This document shows positions 48,171-61,110 of a stretch of 64,000 nt of DNA, piece by piece; the stretch's first letter is position 1, and each line of letters starts with the position of its first letter. The translations under genes were made by a program, and so were the position numbers. Source of the DNA: Balamuthia mandrillaris (taxonomy: Eukaryota); contig JAVKOQ020000055.1 of assembly GCA_031835245.2 (NCBI GenBank), positions 62,001 to 126,000 of the forward strand, given 5' to 3'. Under the pieces are notes generated by a model. That model was not told the origin of the DNA. It saw nothing but the letters and a program-made list of their open reading frames with translations, and did not search any database.

Positions 48171-49122
48171 TCTTGTTCTTTCTCGCAAGAGCAAGCCAAT
48201 TAGTTGAACGACTTTTGTTCGCGGAAGCACAAAAGGGAGGTCCCTTCTCCTTGTAGCACTCCGCTTCGTACGTTCGCTCTTTGTTCTCTTTGCAGGAGGT
48301 TATTTGTGGAGTGGGAGGAGTGGGGCATGCATTTAATAACACATATATTAGCATGCTTAGAGCCAGGGGATAACGGGAGCAACCACGCCTGAAGCGCTGT
48401 CAGCAGAGAAAGCCCAGACCTCGTCCTCATAGACCTTCATCATTGGCTCCGCCACTCCTGGTCCCAGCGGACCCTCATCGGAATAGCCGTACACATAAAC
48501 AACGGTCAGAGTCTCTGCTCCTGTGGCCACAACGCTCTTCTTCCAGATCTGGGTCCTCCCGTTGTAACCGCTCTGGCTGTCAAAATCCCTGAGGAAAAGA
48601 GTGATGCTAAACTCGGTGTGTAAGTTTGGAACAAGAATAAGTGAGAACAACGAACACCAGCTATTTAATAAATAAAGAAACAAACGAAAGTTCCAGCGAG
48701 CGTACCACGGCCACTTGACAGTCAACGCCGAGGGTGTTCATTTACCCTCGAATCTTGGCAATATAGAGCCTTATCTTCGCACTGCTTCGGCGAACGCCGG
48801 TAATGAATGATGAATTGCTTTCATTTATGTGCGTAACTCCTTCCCTTCAACAAAGAGCGAAAGGGCGGAACCCTTGGGCAGCTGATGGAGTGGAGGCCTT
48901 GGTATGGTTATGAGATCAAGTGACAGTTTAGGTCGTGGAAGAATTGTTCTCAAGAGCAAACCAAAGCGACGCTCCTCCCATTCCTCAGCTTTGGCTGCAA
49001 TAGCCTTCGGTTTGACCTTGGCGGTTGTCGTTTCATTCTTTTTCTTTACTTGTCGTTTTTTTTTTCACCAAGTACAAAAGAGAGGGTGCTCCAAAACCAT
49101 CACCCTCTTCTCCGCGCGCGTT

Positions 49123-49683
49123 TCAGTTGCCTTCGAGAATCACCACGGCCATGGCGTAGTCCCTTTCGTGGCTAAGGCTGACGTGCGTCCTCCCACGCTC
49201 AACCGTTTTGCCAGCAGCGCAGCCTTGCCTTCGAACGTTAGCGTTGCTGCCCCTTTTTTTGGTTTTGGCTTCTGTGAGCGAAAACTGAAAAAAGAAGGCA
49301 GAGCGGAAGGAAAGCAAGAGAGGGACCTTGCGAGGTGTAAGAAATGCAGAGCTCCGGGAAGAGAATGCTTCCTCTTGCCTGACCCAACGCCTTAAATACT
49401 GCCTCCTTTGCTGCCCATCTAGAGGATAACAGCAAAACAAGAGGACAGAGGCAACCAAAGATCAGAAGAAGAACATGAACAAGCAGAAAGGTTCGGTGTG
49501 GCAACAACAACACAAAAACCTTCCAGCCACAAAGCCCAACCGGGCGTCAGCTCCTTGCCGTTGCGAGTACAGCCCCAGTTCGTGCGGATGCAGGACCTTG
49601 CGCAAGAAACGAAGGCCCCACCGTTGGAGCACGCCCTCCACCCGTGGGACATGCACGATATCCGTGCCCAGCCCCACCAACAT
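49123..49683 (-). CDS. acpS: AcpS-type 4'-phosphopantetheinyl transferase (probably mitochondrial), 3 exons, apparent 1-nt frameshift near 49192
   Basis: GLGTDIV, GRWAAKEAVFKAL, HVSLSHERDYAMAVV. Confidence 0.85.
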
Positions 49684-49991
49684 TCTTTCTTTTTCGTTTC
49701 TTTCTTCTTCCTTTATCGTCGACAACCCAACGATCTTTTATGTCGACTATAACGAGATCGATGTCGCTTACGTCATCAGGTTTTTGTTGACGTCATTGCG
49801 AAGCAAAAAAAATTCGTGACGACTTGAAAAACCTCTGCTCATTTTCGTGACGACGTGGATAAAATATTGTGTCGACAAAAGAAAAAATTCAATAGAGAAG
49901 AGAGAGGACACGAGATGTGAGTAAAGACATGAGCGAAATCATCAAAAAAAAAAACAAATGAAAAAGAAACAGCGAAAGTCGAAACGTGAAG
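49684..49991. promoter_or_regulatory. Divergent promoter region between acpS and the PPR-DYW gene, rich in GTCGAC/TGACGAC
   Basis: GTCGAC at 49718, 49742, 49871; TGACGAC at ~49817 and ~49849; head-to-head gene arrangement. Confidence 0.5.
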
Positions 49992-51937
49992 ATGCGCCTC
50001 GCCCACAGGCCAAGATTCTGGGGCGGAGAATCCAAACCCTCTCTGATGCAACAGAGACCGCGTTCGAGATTCAGACTCGGGGGGTGCGGTCTGCCCATCT
50101 TTATCACATCGTGCACGCCGGCGGTGCGTTCCTTTGCCACAAATGCCTTTGCGGGGGCCGGGCGCGAGGTGATAGGGCTCTGCAAAAAGGGCCGCTTTCG
50201 AGCGGCCTCCACCCTCTTTCACAAGAGACCTGATGCCGCTGGCGCCTCCGCTCTGATACGTGCCTGTACCAAGCCGAGTGACCTAGAAAACGCCTTCAGG
50301 TGAGTACCATGACGAGAGCTTGCTCTCGAAGAGAGCGAGAGAGAGAGAGAGCGAGAGAGAGAACGGAGAGCAAGAGGAGTGTAAGACTTTGCTGATCGTT
50401 CTTGCCGCATCCTAGTGCCTATTACAGACTGCAGGCGGCGGGTCACGCTCCTGATGTTGTGATGCTCAGCGGGCTCGCCCATGCCTGTCGGCGGGCCAAA
50501 AAACCGGAGCGAGCGCTTCCGCTGTGGGACGACCTTTCAAGACACGGCCTTCGCCCCGACCTCAGCTGCTTCGGTGCTCTTTCCCTCATGTGCTCTGAGA
50601 GCGAGCCATCGGCGGGCTCCGTCACGGCGAGGAAGATGGTCCAAGCTCTGCAGAAACGGATCCTCTCAACCACGGTGGATGAGCTGAGCTGCGCCCAGCT
50701 GGCCAAGGCCCTCATCAACGGCGAGAAACTAAAAGCAGCCTTTGAGCTGTTCGACGTCATGCAGGAGCAGGGGGTGGTGGTGCGCCACGGCCGGGTGTAT
50801 TCTACCCTCCTTATGGGGTGCGCCAAGTATGCGGCCTTGTCGCTGGGAAGGAGAGTGCACGAACGGATCCGTGAGGATAGACAGTCCAACTTCAGTCAGG
50901 ACGTGGTTCTTCAGACTGCTCTATTAGATATGTACGGCAAGTGCGGAAGCCTGGAGGATGCGCGACAGATATTTCGGTCGCTTAGCGAGAGCAAGGGGAA
51001 CCCGGCGCATCTTCCCGTTCAAACGTGGACGGGAATGATACACGCTGAGGGAATCCATGGCAACGGAGTAGCAGCTATGGGGCTCTTTCGTGAGATGCAG
51101 GAAGCAGGTGTGAAGCCAAACCATATCACCTTCGTCAGCCTTCTAAACGCTTGCAGTCATGCGAGCATGGCAGGCGATGCATCACAACTGCTGAGCGAAA
51201 TGGAGCCTGTATTTGGAGTGAAGCCCACCGTGGAACACTTCAACTGTGTTGTTGATGCTCTCGCACGTTCCGGCAAGCTTGCAGAGGCGGAAGGATTTAT
51301 TGAAGGAATGCCCGTTCCACCCGATACCGTGACGTGGAAGGCTCTGCTGGGGGCTAGTCGATGGTTTGGTGACGTCGAGCGAGCCGAGCGTGCAGCTAAA
51401 CGGGCGCTGGAAGCGACGCCAGAACAACCCTCAGTCTACGTAGCCCTCGCGAATACCCACACGGTGGCCGGTCGGAGAGACGAGGCCCGAAGACTGCGCC
51501 GGATGATGAAAGATAAGGGTCTGCAGAAGGAGGTTGGCCGGACGTGGATTGAGATCGACGGTGAGGTGACAAGCTTCCAGGCCCATGACCGGACTCATCC
51601 CATGACCGATGCCATTTACAATAAGCTGGAAGAAATGAACTCTCGGTTGAAGGCGTCAGGCTACACTCCGGATACTCGCTTCGTCATTCACGAGGACGAG
51701 AGCCACCAGGAGCAGCTTCTGTGCAGCCACAGTGAGAAGCTCGCCATCGCCTTTGGACTCCTGCGGACACCTGAGGGCAGCCCCCTTTTGCTGGTGAAGA
51801 ACCTGCGGGTCTGCCCCGATTGCCACGCGGCCACTGTGCTCCTTTCCAGATTGTACAGCAGACGAATTGTGGTGCGTGATGCCAACAGGTTTCACCACTT
51901 TAGCGACGGCCGCTGCTCCTGTAACAACTTTTGGTGA
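49992..51937 (+). CDS. PLS-type PPR protein with E/E+ and DYW cytidine deaminase domain; exons 49992-50299, 50416-51937
   Basis: TALLDMYGKCG, PNHITFVSLLNACSHA, HFNCVVDALARSG, HSEKLAIAFGL, KNLRVCPDCH, DANRFHHFSDGRCSCNNFW. Confidence 0.96.
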
Positions 51938-52285
51938 TTTTGTTGTTTAGTTTTGAAAGAACGTTAATGCCTTCCATATGTTTTCCCATTGCTCCTCCTC
52001 CTCTTCCTCTCTCTCGTTTCCATGAACTGCCCAGCAGCTGTGAAGAGCGTGAACAGTTGAGGAGAGCTGCGTGGCGCTGTAGTTCTCAATGTGGAATCCT
52101 AGTCGATAATTTTCAATATTTTCCAATATTTTAAAAAATCGATCCACAAAATCAAAATTTCTGAAATCCCATTGGTTAATTTGATTTTCCCCGAATTTCA
52201 TCGTGACGACACAAGAAATATACAAAACAAACTGAGAATTTTTAGGGGAAATTTTTTCTTTTGTAAAACAAAACGATAATAAATT

Positions 52286-55200
52286 ATGAGAGGAGAAGAA
52301 GAGGGAGAAGCAGCACGGCATGACGCTACACCAGTGCAAGCAGAGGAGGACGAGGGTGACGAAGAAGAAGAAGCGGAAGACGAAGAGTTAGAAGTATTTG
52401 TAGTTCCTCCGCCGGAAGAGCTCAAGTGCGCCATCTGCTTCGACCTGCTACGCAATCCTGTAATCACCAAAGAATGTGGTTTGTATTTTTCTCTCACGTT
52501 GTTGTTCTCTTCCCCTTGTGCTTCTTGTTCTTTTCTTCTTGTTGTCTTATGTTGTCTTTTGTTGTTTTTGTTCTTGTTCTTCTTCTTGTTCTTGTTCTTC
52601 TTGATGTTCTTCTTGTTCTTCTTGTTCTTCTTCTTCTTCTTCTTCGTCTTCTTGTTCTTCTTGTTCTTCTTCTTGTTCTTCTTCTTCTTCTTCTTCGTCT
52701 TCTTCTTCATGTTCTTCTTCTTGTTCTTGTTCTTCTTCTTCTTCTTCTTCTTCTTCTTCTTCTTCTTGTTCTTCTTCTCTCTTCTTCTTCTCTCTTCTTC
52801 TTCTTCTTCTTCTTCTTCTTCTTCTTCTTCTTCTTCTTCTTCTTCTTCTTCGTTCTCATTCTTTCGTTGCTTTGACAAAGGTCATACCTTTTGTCAACAC
52901 TGCTTCGACCGGAGCTTTACTGCAAAGCCCACTTGTCCAACTTGCCGTGCTCCTTTTCTCTCCCTTTCTGCTTCCTCCTCTTCCACCATCTTCTCTACCG
53001 TCGTCAATCCCAACCGCATCGTCAAAGAGATACTCGACAACCTCCTCATCCATTGTCGCTATGGCCTTTGTCGAACCTCTTCTTCTCATTCTTCTTCGTC
53101 TTCTTCTCATTCGTTTCCAAACAATGACAACAAAACAACGACTACCTCAAGGAGAAGTCGAACAAATAGCAACAACCAAAAGGAGAAAGAGAAGGAGAAA
53201 GAAAAGGAACGTGGAGGAACTGCTGGAGATGGAGAATGGACTATCGACCCGAACGGCTGCCCTGAAGTCATCAAACGGGGCTACCGACGGACGCACGAAC
53301 GGGCCTGCAGCTATGCTCCCGTTCGGTGCACGCACAGAGGGAGGGGTTGTCCTTGGAGAGGGAGAAGAGCGGAGCTGCCGCAACACCTGAGGCAATGCCC
53401 CTTTGACCTGCTCAAAGTGTATATCAACAGGACGGAGGAGGAGCTGCTTGCCCTGAGACAGATTACAAGGGTTTGCTGTTTTTCCTGTTATTGAGGAGAT
53501 GTTGCTGTGTTGTGTCTCTTCTTTCTTCTTTCTTAAACAAGCTTATGATTTTCTTTCCTGTGATAACAATCAGAGACAAACTTCAGAGATTACATTGTTA
53601 AAAAACCAAATGAACAGTATGGCGAGTCTTTGCAAAATCTTACTTCAGGTTACATTCCTGTTTCTTTCACTTTCTTTTGTTCTACCTCATATTTCCACTT
53701 ACAAGAATAAACACTTGAATTTTGTTTCCATCTCTATTTACAGGATGTACATCATGACACTTCCACTCAACAACAGCAACAACTACAACGCGCATTATCA
53801 GCTTTTGTAAGCGAAGAAGCACACAATGCCAAAGAAGATGATGGGACATTAACCAATTCCAGCGAAGATGGAGACGAACGACAACACCAATTCCGAGAAC
53901 GCCAACAAAAAGCCGAACGGAAAGCTTTAAAAGAAACATTTGCTCTTTCATCTGCTTCTCGTTCTTCTTCACGTGAATTGCGTTGTTTACGAACGTTATC
54001 TGCGCATGACGACACGGTGGAATCACTTGTGATGGACCTTGACAACGGTAACCTCTTCTCTGCTTCTTGGGATCACAACATCAGAGTTTGGGATATGATG
54101 TCTCCAACAACTTTAGCATCAAAAGAACAGGAACAAGAGATATTTTACGAAGAACACCAACAAGTTTTACCACAACTGGTCGTTACCACTTTGACCTGCG
54201 ACACCGACGTTCGAGAGCTGAAAATCGACGGAAGGTATCTCTACAGTGGATGCGGCTCTGGCATCATCCATGTATGGGACTTGGAAGAATGGCGCTGTGT
54301 TCAAACAGTAAAGCAACACGCGGACGATGTGTTGGCGTTGACAGTAGCAAACGGTCGCTTGTTTAGTGGTAGCAGTGACTCTACGGTTCGTGTTTGGAGT
54401 TTGGGGCGGTTTTCTTCTTCTGTTGCAAAGAAAGGAAAAGGGCGAGCAAGAAAAAGAAGAGGAAAGGACCGAATTCGAGCTCTTCCACTCTCCTCTTCGT
54501 CAGAGCGAGATGCTGTAAATGGCGGTGATAGCAATGAAAATGACCACGATTTAGACGATGACATTGACTTTGATTTGCGAGAAGAACTTTTGCTTTCAGC
54601 AGTTGAAGATGGATACGAAGACGAAAACGAAGGGGCTGAAGCACAAACCAACGGATTTAATGGAAAAAGTAGGAAAAGAGAAGGATTACGGTGCATCAAA
54701 ACGTTGACGGGACATCAGAACTGGGTCTTTGCATTGGCCTCATGTAACAACTTAGTGTTTAGCGGCAGCAGCGACCACACCATCAAAGTTTGGTCGGCGG
54801 ACTCCTTGCAATGCGTTAAAACTTTGACAGGGCATGGCGACCAGGTTAGAGCGCTCTGTGTGTCGGGCGATTATTTATTCAGCGGCTCTTATGATTGCAC
54901 GATCAAGGCACAATTTCTCTGCTTCTCTGTTCTCTCCTTTCTCCCCGCCTTTGTTTCTCTTCTCATTTCTTTGTTCTTATTTTCACAGGTGTGGGACATT
55001 CACTCTTTGGAATGTGTAGACACAATGCATGTCTACAACGAGGTGTTCGGGTTGGGCACAGCCGCCAACTTTCTCTTTAGTGGCGACGAGAATGGAACTA
55101 TAAAGGTTTTCTTCGTTTTGTTTTGTTTTTCTTTTTTCTGTTTGCAACAAACTTTCCTTCAACATTTCTAAACATGAACAACAACAAAAAGGTGTGGGAC

Positions 55201-55329
55201 CTAACCTCGCGGCGGTGCATCCACACTCTGTCCGACCACACCGGCAGCGTGTACGCTTTTGCGGTGGGTCCGCATGGTCGCTTGCTCAGCGCTTCCTCTG
55301 ATACCACCATCAAAGTTTGGGGCAGATAA
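52286..55329 (+). CDS. RING + TRAF-type zinc finger + coiled coil + WD40 E3 ligase (TRAF7-like), multi-exon
   Basis: CAICFDLL..ECGHTFC..C..CPTC; GCPE..HERAC..CTH..GCPW..HLRQC; multiple GH...SGSxDxTIKVW repeats. Confidence 0.88.
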
Positions 55330-55444
55330 ACCCCCAATAAAACAAAAGCGGCGCAATGCTTTGATCTGTTGCTGAAAGTTTCAAACCACCAATCAAAAAT
55401 CAAAACAGAGGCTTTATCTTACCATAAAAAGTCTTTTCTGATGA

Positions 55445-55491
55445 GACATGGCCACGAGAGATAGATGATTTCTATCTCTCGTGGCCATGTC
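55445..55491. repeat. Perfect 21-bp inverted repeat with 5-nt loop
   Basis: GACATGGCCACGAGAGATAGA-TGATT-TCTATCTCTCGTGGCCATGTC. Confidence 0.95.
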
Positions 55492-56113
55492 GACAAAAAT
55501 CCATTGGCCAATTCCCCGTATTCGGTTTTTGGCTGAAAAGAAATGGCAAGGGAAAAAAGGACAGCAAAATAGTCCCTGCGCTTCCCTGCAACCTTGAGCG
55601 CGGAAAGTTTGTGTCGACAGGGACTACAGCCAAACCAAACCATTGCGCGTTGGTCATTTCTAATTCCCCGATTTACACGAATGAAAGTCGTGCTAGCACT
55701 ATGGCCCCTCTACCGAAGTGAATTATTTCTTATAATAGAAAAGGAAAAACAAATAAAAGAAAAGAAAACAATGCTGCCACGGCTCTCACAAAAGAATGCT
55801 GCAACTTTCAACGCATCCGTCTCGTAAGCTTTCAGTTGCTCGCCAGTTGGAAAATGCAATTGTGTAGCAAGCGCTGGCTATGGCTGATTTGCTGGTCCTC
55901 TTCGTTCTTGCTGGTTGGTTCTTCTGCTTTCTCACGATACTCCTGCCACATTTCAGGTTCATGGCGTCAAGGCATTTGTTCACGTAGTCTCCTTGCTTCC
56001 AATTCCTCTGCCTTCTGGCTTTGCAGTATGCGAAAAAGCAACTTATTCGTGACAACAGTGTCCTCAGTTACGGTAGCAGATGGTGTGAATGGGCCAAAAG
56101 GAGACGGTTTGCA

Positions 56114-56480
56114 TAAGGTGTTGCATCAGGAGTAAGGAACACGCTTCAATAAAGAAGTGGGCCGCTGCACGCGGCCCAAGAGCCACGCGGGCAGCCAGCC
56201 CACCAGGCACAGCGGCAGCCAGCGGGCACAGGTGCCCAGCCACAGCGGCCAGGCACGGCAGCCGCCCAGAGCAGCTCCGAGCAGCCCCCTCAGCGGCCCG
56301 CGAGCAGCAACGGCTTCAAAAAAAACTACACAAACACCAGCAAAAGAATTGTTATACCACTCTCCCATAATACCTATCCCTATCTCTCCTTGTATATATT
56401 TCTTTCTTTCATTCTATTAAAGGTCTTTTCCCTACACACAACGAGTTGGTATCCGTTGGGTTGTTCCCTCACCGGCCTTA
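56114..56480 (+). mobile_element. Probable solo LTR with TAAGG...CCTTA termini
   Basis: Inverted 5-bp ends; shares ATAAAGAAGTGGGCC and the CAGC-rich body with the LTR-like segment at ~56530-56871; flanks TTGCA/TCACA fit a mutated TCGCA TSD. Confidence 0.6.
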
Positions 56481-56529
56481 TCACAGAATGCTACATTTTC
56501 CTGTCATACAATAGTATTTTTTAACAAAA

Positions 56530-58130
56530 AAAAAAGGAAGAAATAAAACGAGTAGTGGATAAAGAAGTGGGCCACACAGGCAGCCAACCCAGCGGCACCT
56601 CAGCGGCAGGCCCACGGCAGTAGCCCAGCAGCTCCCCAGCAGCCCCCGAGCAGCCCTCGAGCGGCCCCCAAGCGGCCCATTGGCTGCTCTGGCACTGTCG
56701 ACAAAGTCGACAATAAATTGCCTCAGAAAAAGGCTTGTATTATTATCCCTCTCTCCTGCGGTAGAGGGGTATAAAGAGCTTCTTTATCGTTTGGAGTCTG
56801 ACAGACAGACAGACATTATACATCTATCTTTTCACTCATTGTTTCCCTTCCACTGCACACTTCTAACCTTAGGTCATGGGCCTGTAACTCACACACACAA
56901 AATGACGACGCTCCCCACACCAAATACTCACTGGCGCGTGGCCCTCCCCCACGTCCTCCAGCAACTCATCCCATCTTATGGTTCATGAGTTGCTTCAAGA
57001 GCCCCACTGCCTGGTGATGACCTCGCAGCGCTTGCCCATTTCTTGTTGCTGCTTGTTGCATCTACGCTGGCATCGGCAGGGGCGTCGACGATACCTTGCC
57101 CTCCTTTGCGGTGACCAAATCGAGGCAGTGGGGCTCTTGAAGCAACTCATGAACCATAAAGTTAATCAAGCTTCTGTCACTACGGACACTCCAACTCTAA
57201 AAGGCCTTTTGAACAAGCTGACCCTCTATGCTAACAAACCTGATACTCCCATTCTCTCTGTCGGCGGTTCCACTCGCCGTCTTCTGTCTTCCCAACGAGC
57301 ACCCTGATCATTTTCGTGGGGCTAACGCTGCGAAAACAGTGGACGAAGCCCTGTCAAGTTCCCTCCCTGCGAGCACTGCCAACAGCAGAACCACCCAAGC
57401 AGAAGATGCTGGAAGAAGTTCGGCTCTCCATCCGGCAAACAGGAGAAGCGAAACGACAGAGGCAAAAGCAAGTAACCAGTGGACTCCGATGAAGAAGCCT
57501 ACGTGGCTCTCATGGCGCGAGACGAAGAAAATTTCACTCCTCTCCCTCCTCTTCTATGTCGTCAATAAAAACGGTTTACTGGGTTCTCGATCCTGGGGCA
57601 TGCAAGCTCATGAGTCCGCACAACGAATGGTTCACCCATCTTGATTTCCGCTATACTCGAAAAGTCATTTGGGAAACAATCACTCTGTCCCCGCTGTTGC
57701 TCGAGGCAACATCTCTCTTGCCCTTGACGGCGGTAAAACCTTCACGACGCTCAGACCTTACTACAAATCTACTCTCCGTGTCAGCTCTCACAGACGCTGG
57801 CTTCAAGGTCGACTTCTACATGAGCTTGTGCACCATCCACGGCAGCAAGCAAAGATGTGTTGCTGTCTTACCCAAGCTCAACGGAACCTACCTGGTCCGT
57901 GCTTATCACGTCATCAAAGACGGTCACGCCTACGCTTACTTTGCAAGCCCCCAAAGGCCTCTCTCCTGTACTTCGCGGCATCCCACCAACTCTCCGGCCT
58001 AACTGCAGCCTACGCCCAGCGAGGCAAGGCGCCTAAGAAGTCCTCAACGCGTGAAACCGAAAGACTAGCTCTCATCCATTCTGATGTCTGTGGCCCTATG
58101 GGTCCCTCAATTGGTAATGCACGCTACTAG
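56530..58130 (+). mobile_element. Decayed, 3'-truncated Ty1/copia retrotransposon (5' LTR, PBS, gag, protease, start of integrase)
   Basis: TATA at ~56769; CCTTA|GGTCATGGGCC PBS-like at 56872; zinc knuckle CEHCQQQNHPSRRC (57368); WVLDPGACKLM..WF; NLLSVSAL; IHSDVCGPM; stops and frameshifts. Confidence 0.9.
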
Positions 58131-58228
58131 GCCACAAAAATGAAGTTGCAAACTACATGTCCGTCTTCTTTCGATGATCTTCAAAAATGAGCTCCGCACG
58201 GCAAGAAAAAGCCGTCATGAGTGTCCAA

Positions 58229-58312
58229 GCATCTATGGCCGAGCGGTCTAAGGCGGTAGACTCAAGTTCTACTGAGGTTATCCTCGCGTGGGTTCGAATC
58301 CCACTGGATGCA
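58229..58312 (+). tRNA. tRNA-Leu (anticodon CAA)
   Basis: GCATCTA/TGGATGC acceptor, GTAGA-CT-CAA-GT-TCTAC anticodon arm, long variable arm, GGTTCGAATCC, T8 terminator. Confidence 0.97.
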
Positions 58313-58505
58313 ACAATTTTTTTTGCTGTGAAAGATTTTTGCACGTTTATTCTTACTTTTACGGCTGTTGTTATTCTTTTTCTCTCTTGCTTTCCGTTCG
58401 TTGTTTGCGTTTTGTTGTAAAAAAGCGGACTGTTGCTGTACACTTTCGTTCATTCCGCAATACTTTCCCACCTTGTGAGATTTTTTTACTTTTTTTTTAT
58501 TTTGT

Positions 58506-60251
<1,746 letters not shown>

Positions 60252-61110
60252 CTTTGCTGTTTTGTTACAGAATTTTTTGGTACCATTTTTTCGCTTCCTT
60301 AAAACAAAGAGAAATGGCAACGATTACGGTCGATAGAGTTTCGTCCAAAACGCGTGCATCTCCTAATGGCCGAAAAGTTGTTACCGAGTGCACTAAATTA
60401 AGGTGTTGATCTACACGCAATCTACCACGACCGACCAATCCGATTTCTTATTTTTGATTGCAAGAAAACTTCTCCTGCTGGCCGCGAGCGAGTGGGAACA
60501 CGGTGGTGACCAACGGTGGGACAACGAGCCTTCGCTCTCAACGCGCGAACAGGACCCTGTTCGTCGTTCGCCCGGCAAGACAAGGCGTTCGTGTCATATC
60601 AGCCCAATAGAAGCACGTCATACTTGGATGGTAAAAACAGCTGAGAGCCCATGGAGGTCTTCGATTGGATGGCCTCCATAAGAAAAAATAAGCCTAATTA
60701 CTTGCGTTCTTTTCTGTCACCTTTTTCTCTGTTTTCTTCCATTTTTTCACGTCTTTTCACTTTTATCAATCATAAAAAAATACAAGAGGAGGTATTGAAA
60801 AAACAAGAAGGGAGGACAATACCGTCATGAGGATACCACTATAGCCCTTTCGTTTTGGTGGAGGGTGTCAAATGAATATTCGTTTTGGGATGTTTTGCTT
60901 TCCTCCGTTTCTTCACGAGTTTGCAATAAACTCCACCCGCACCTGCCACATTTATCCGGTTGTTCTTCCTATATATATAATAAGCGTTTTCGTTTGTTTT
61001 AATCTACAACACATTCAACAAACAACTTTACAACTGAACAACCAAAAACATACAACTATAACGAACCACGCAAGTACTATAGCGAACAAACATTAACGAC
61101 AACATAAGTA

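Noticed and set aside
47426..48207. Several overlapping plus-strand ORFs across the ankyrin gene (likewise antisense ORFs over FIGNL1 and PPR-DYW)
   Set aside because: Shadow ORFs of GC-rich coding sequence
48357..48800. Minus-strand coding-like exon (DFDSQSGYNGRTQIW...)
   Set aside because: The upstream exon has in-frame stops and no start could be joined; at best an unidentified relic
48807..48885. Possible box C/D snoRNA (ATGATGA...CTGA, ~80 nt)
   Set aside because: No terminal stem and no rRNA guide adjacent to box D that I can verify
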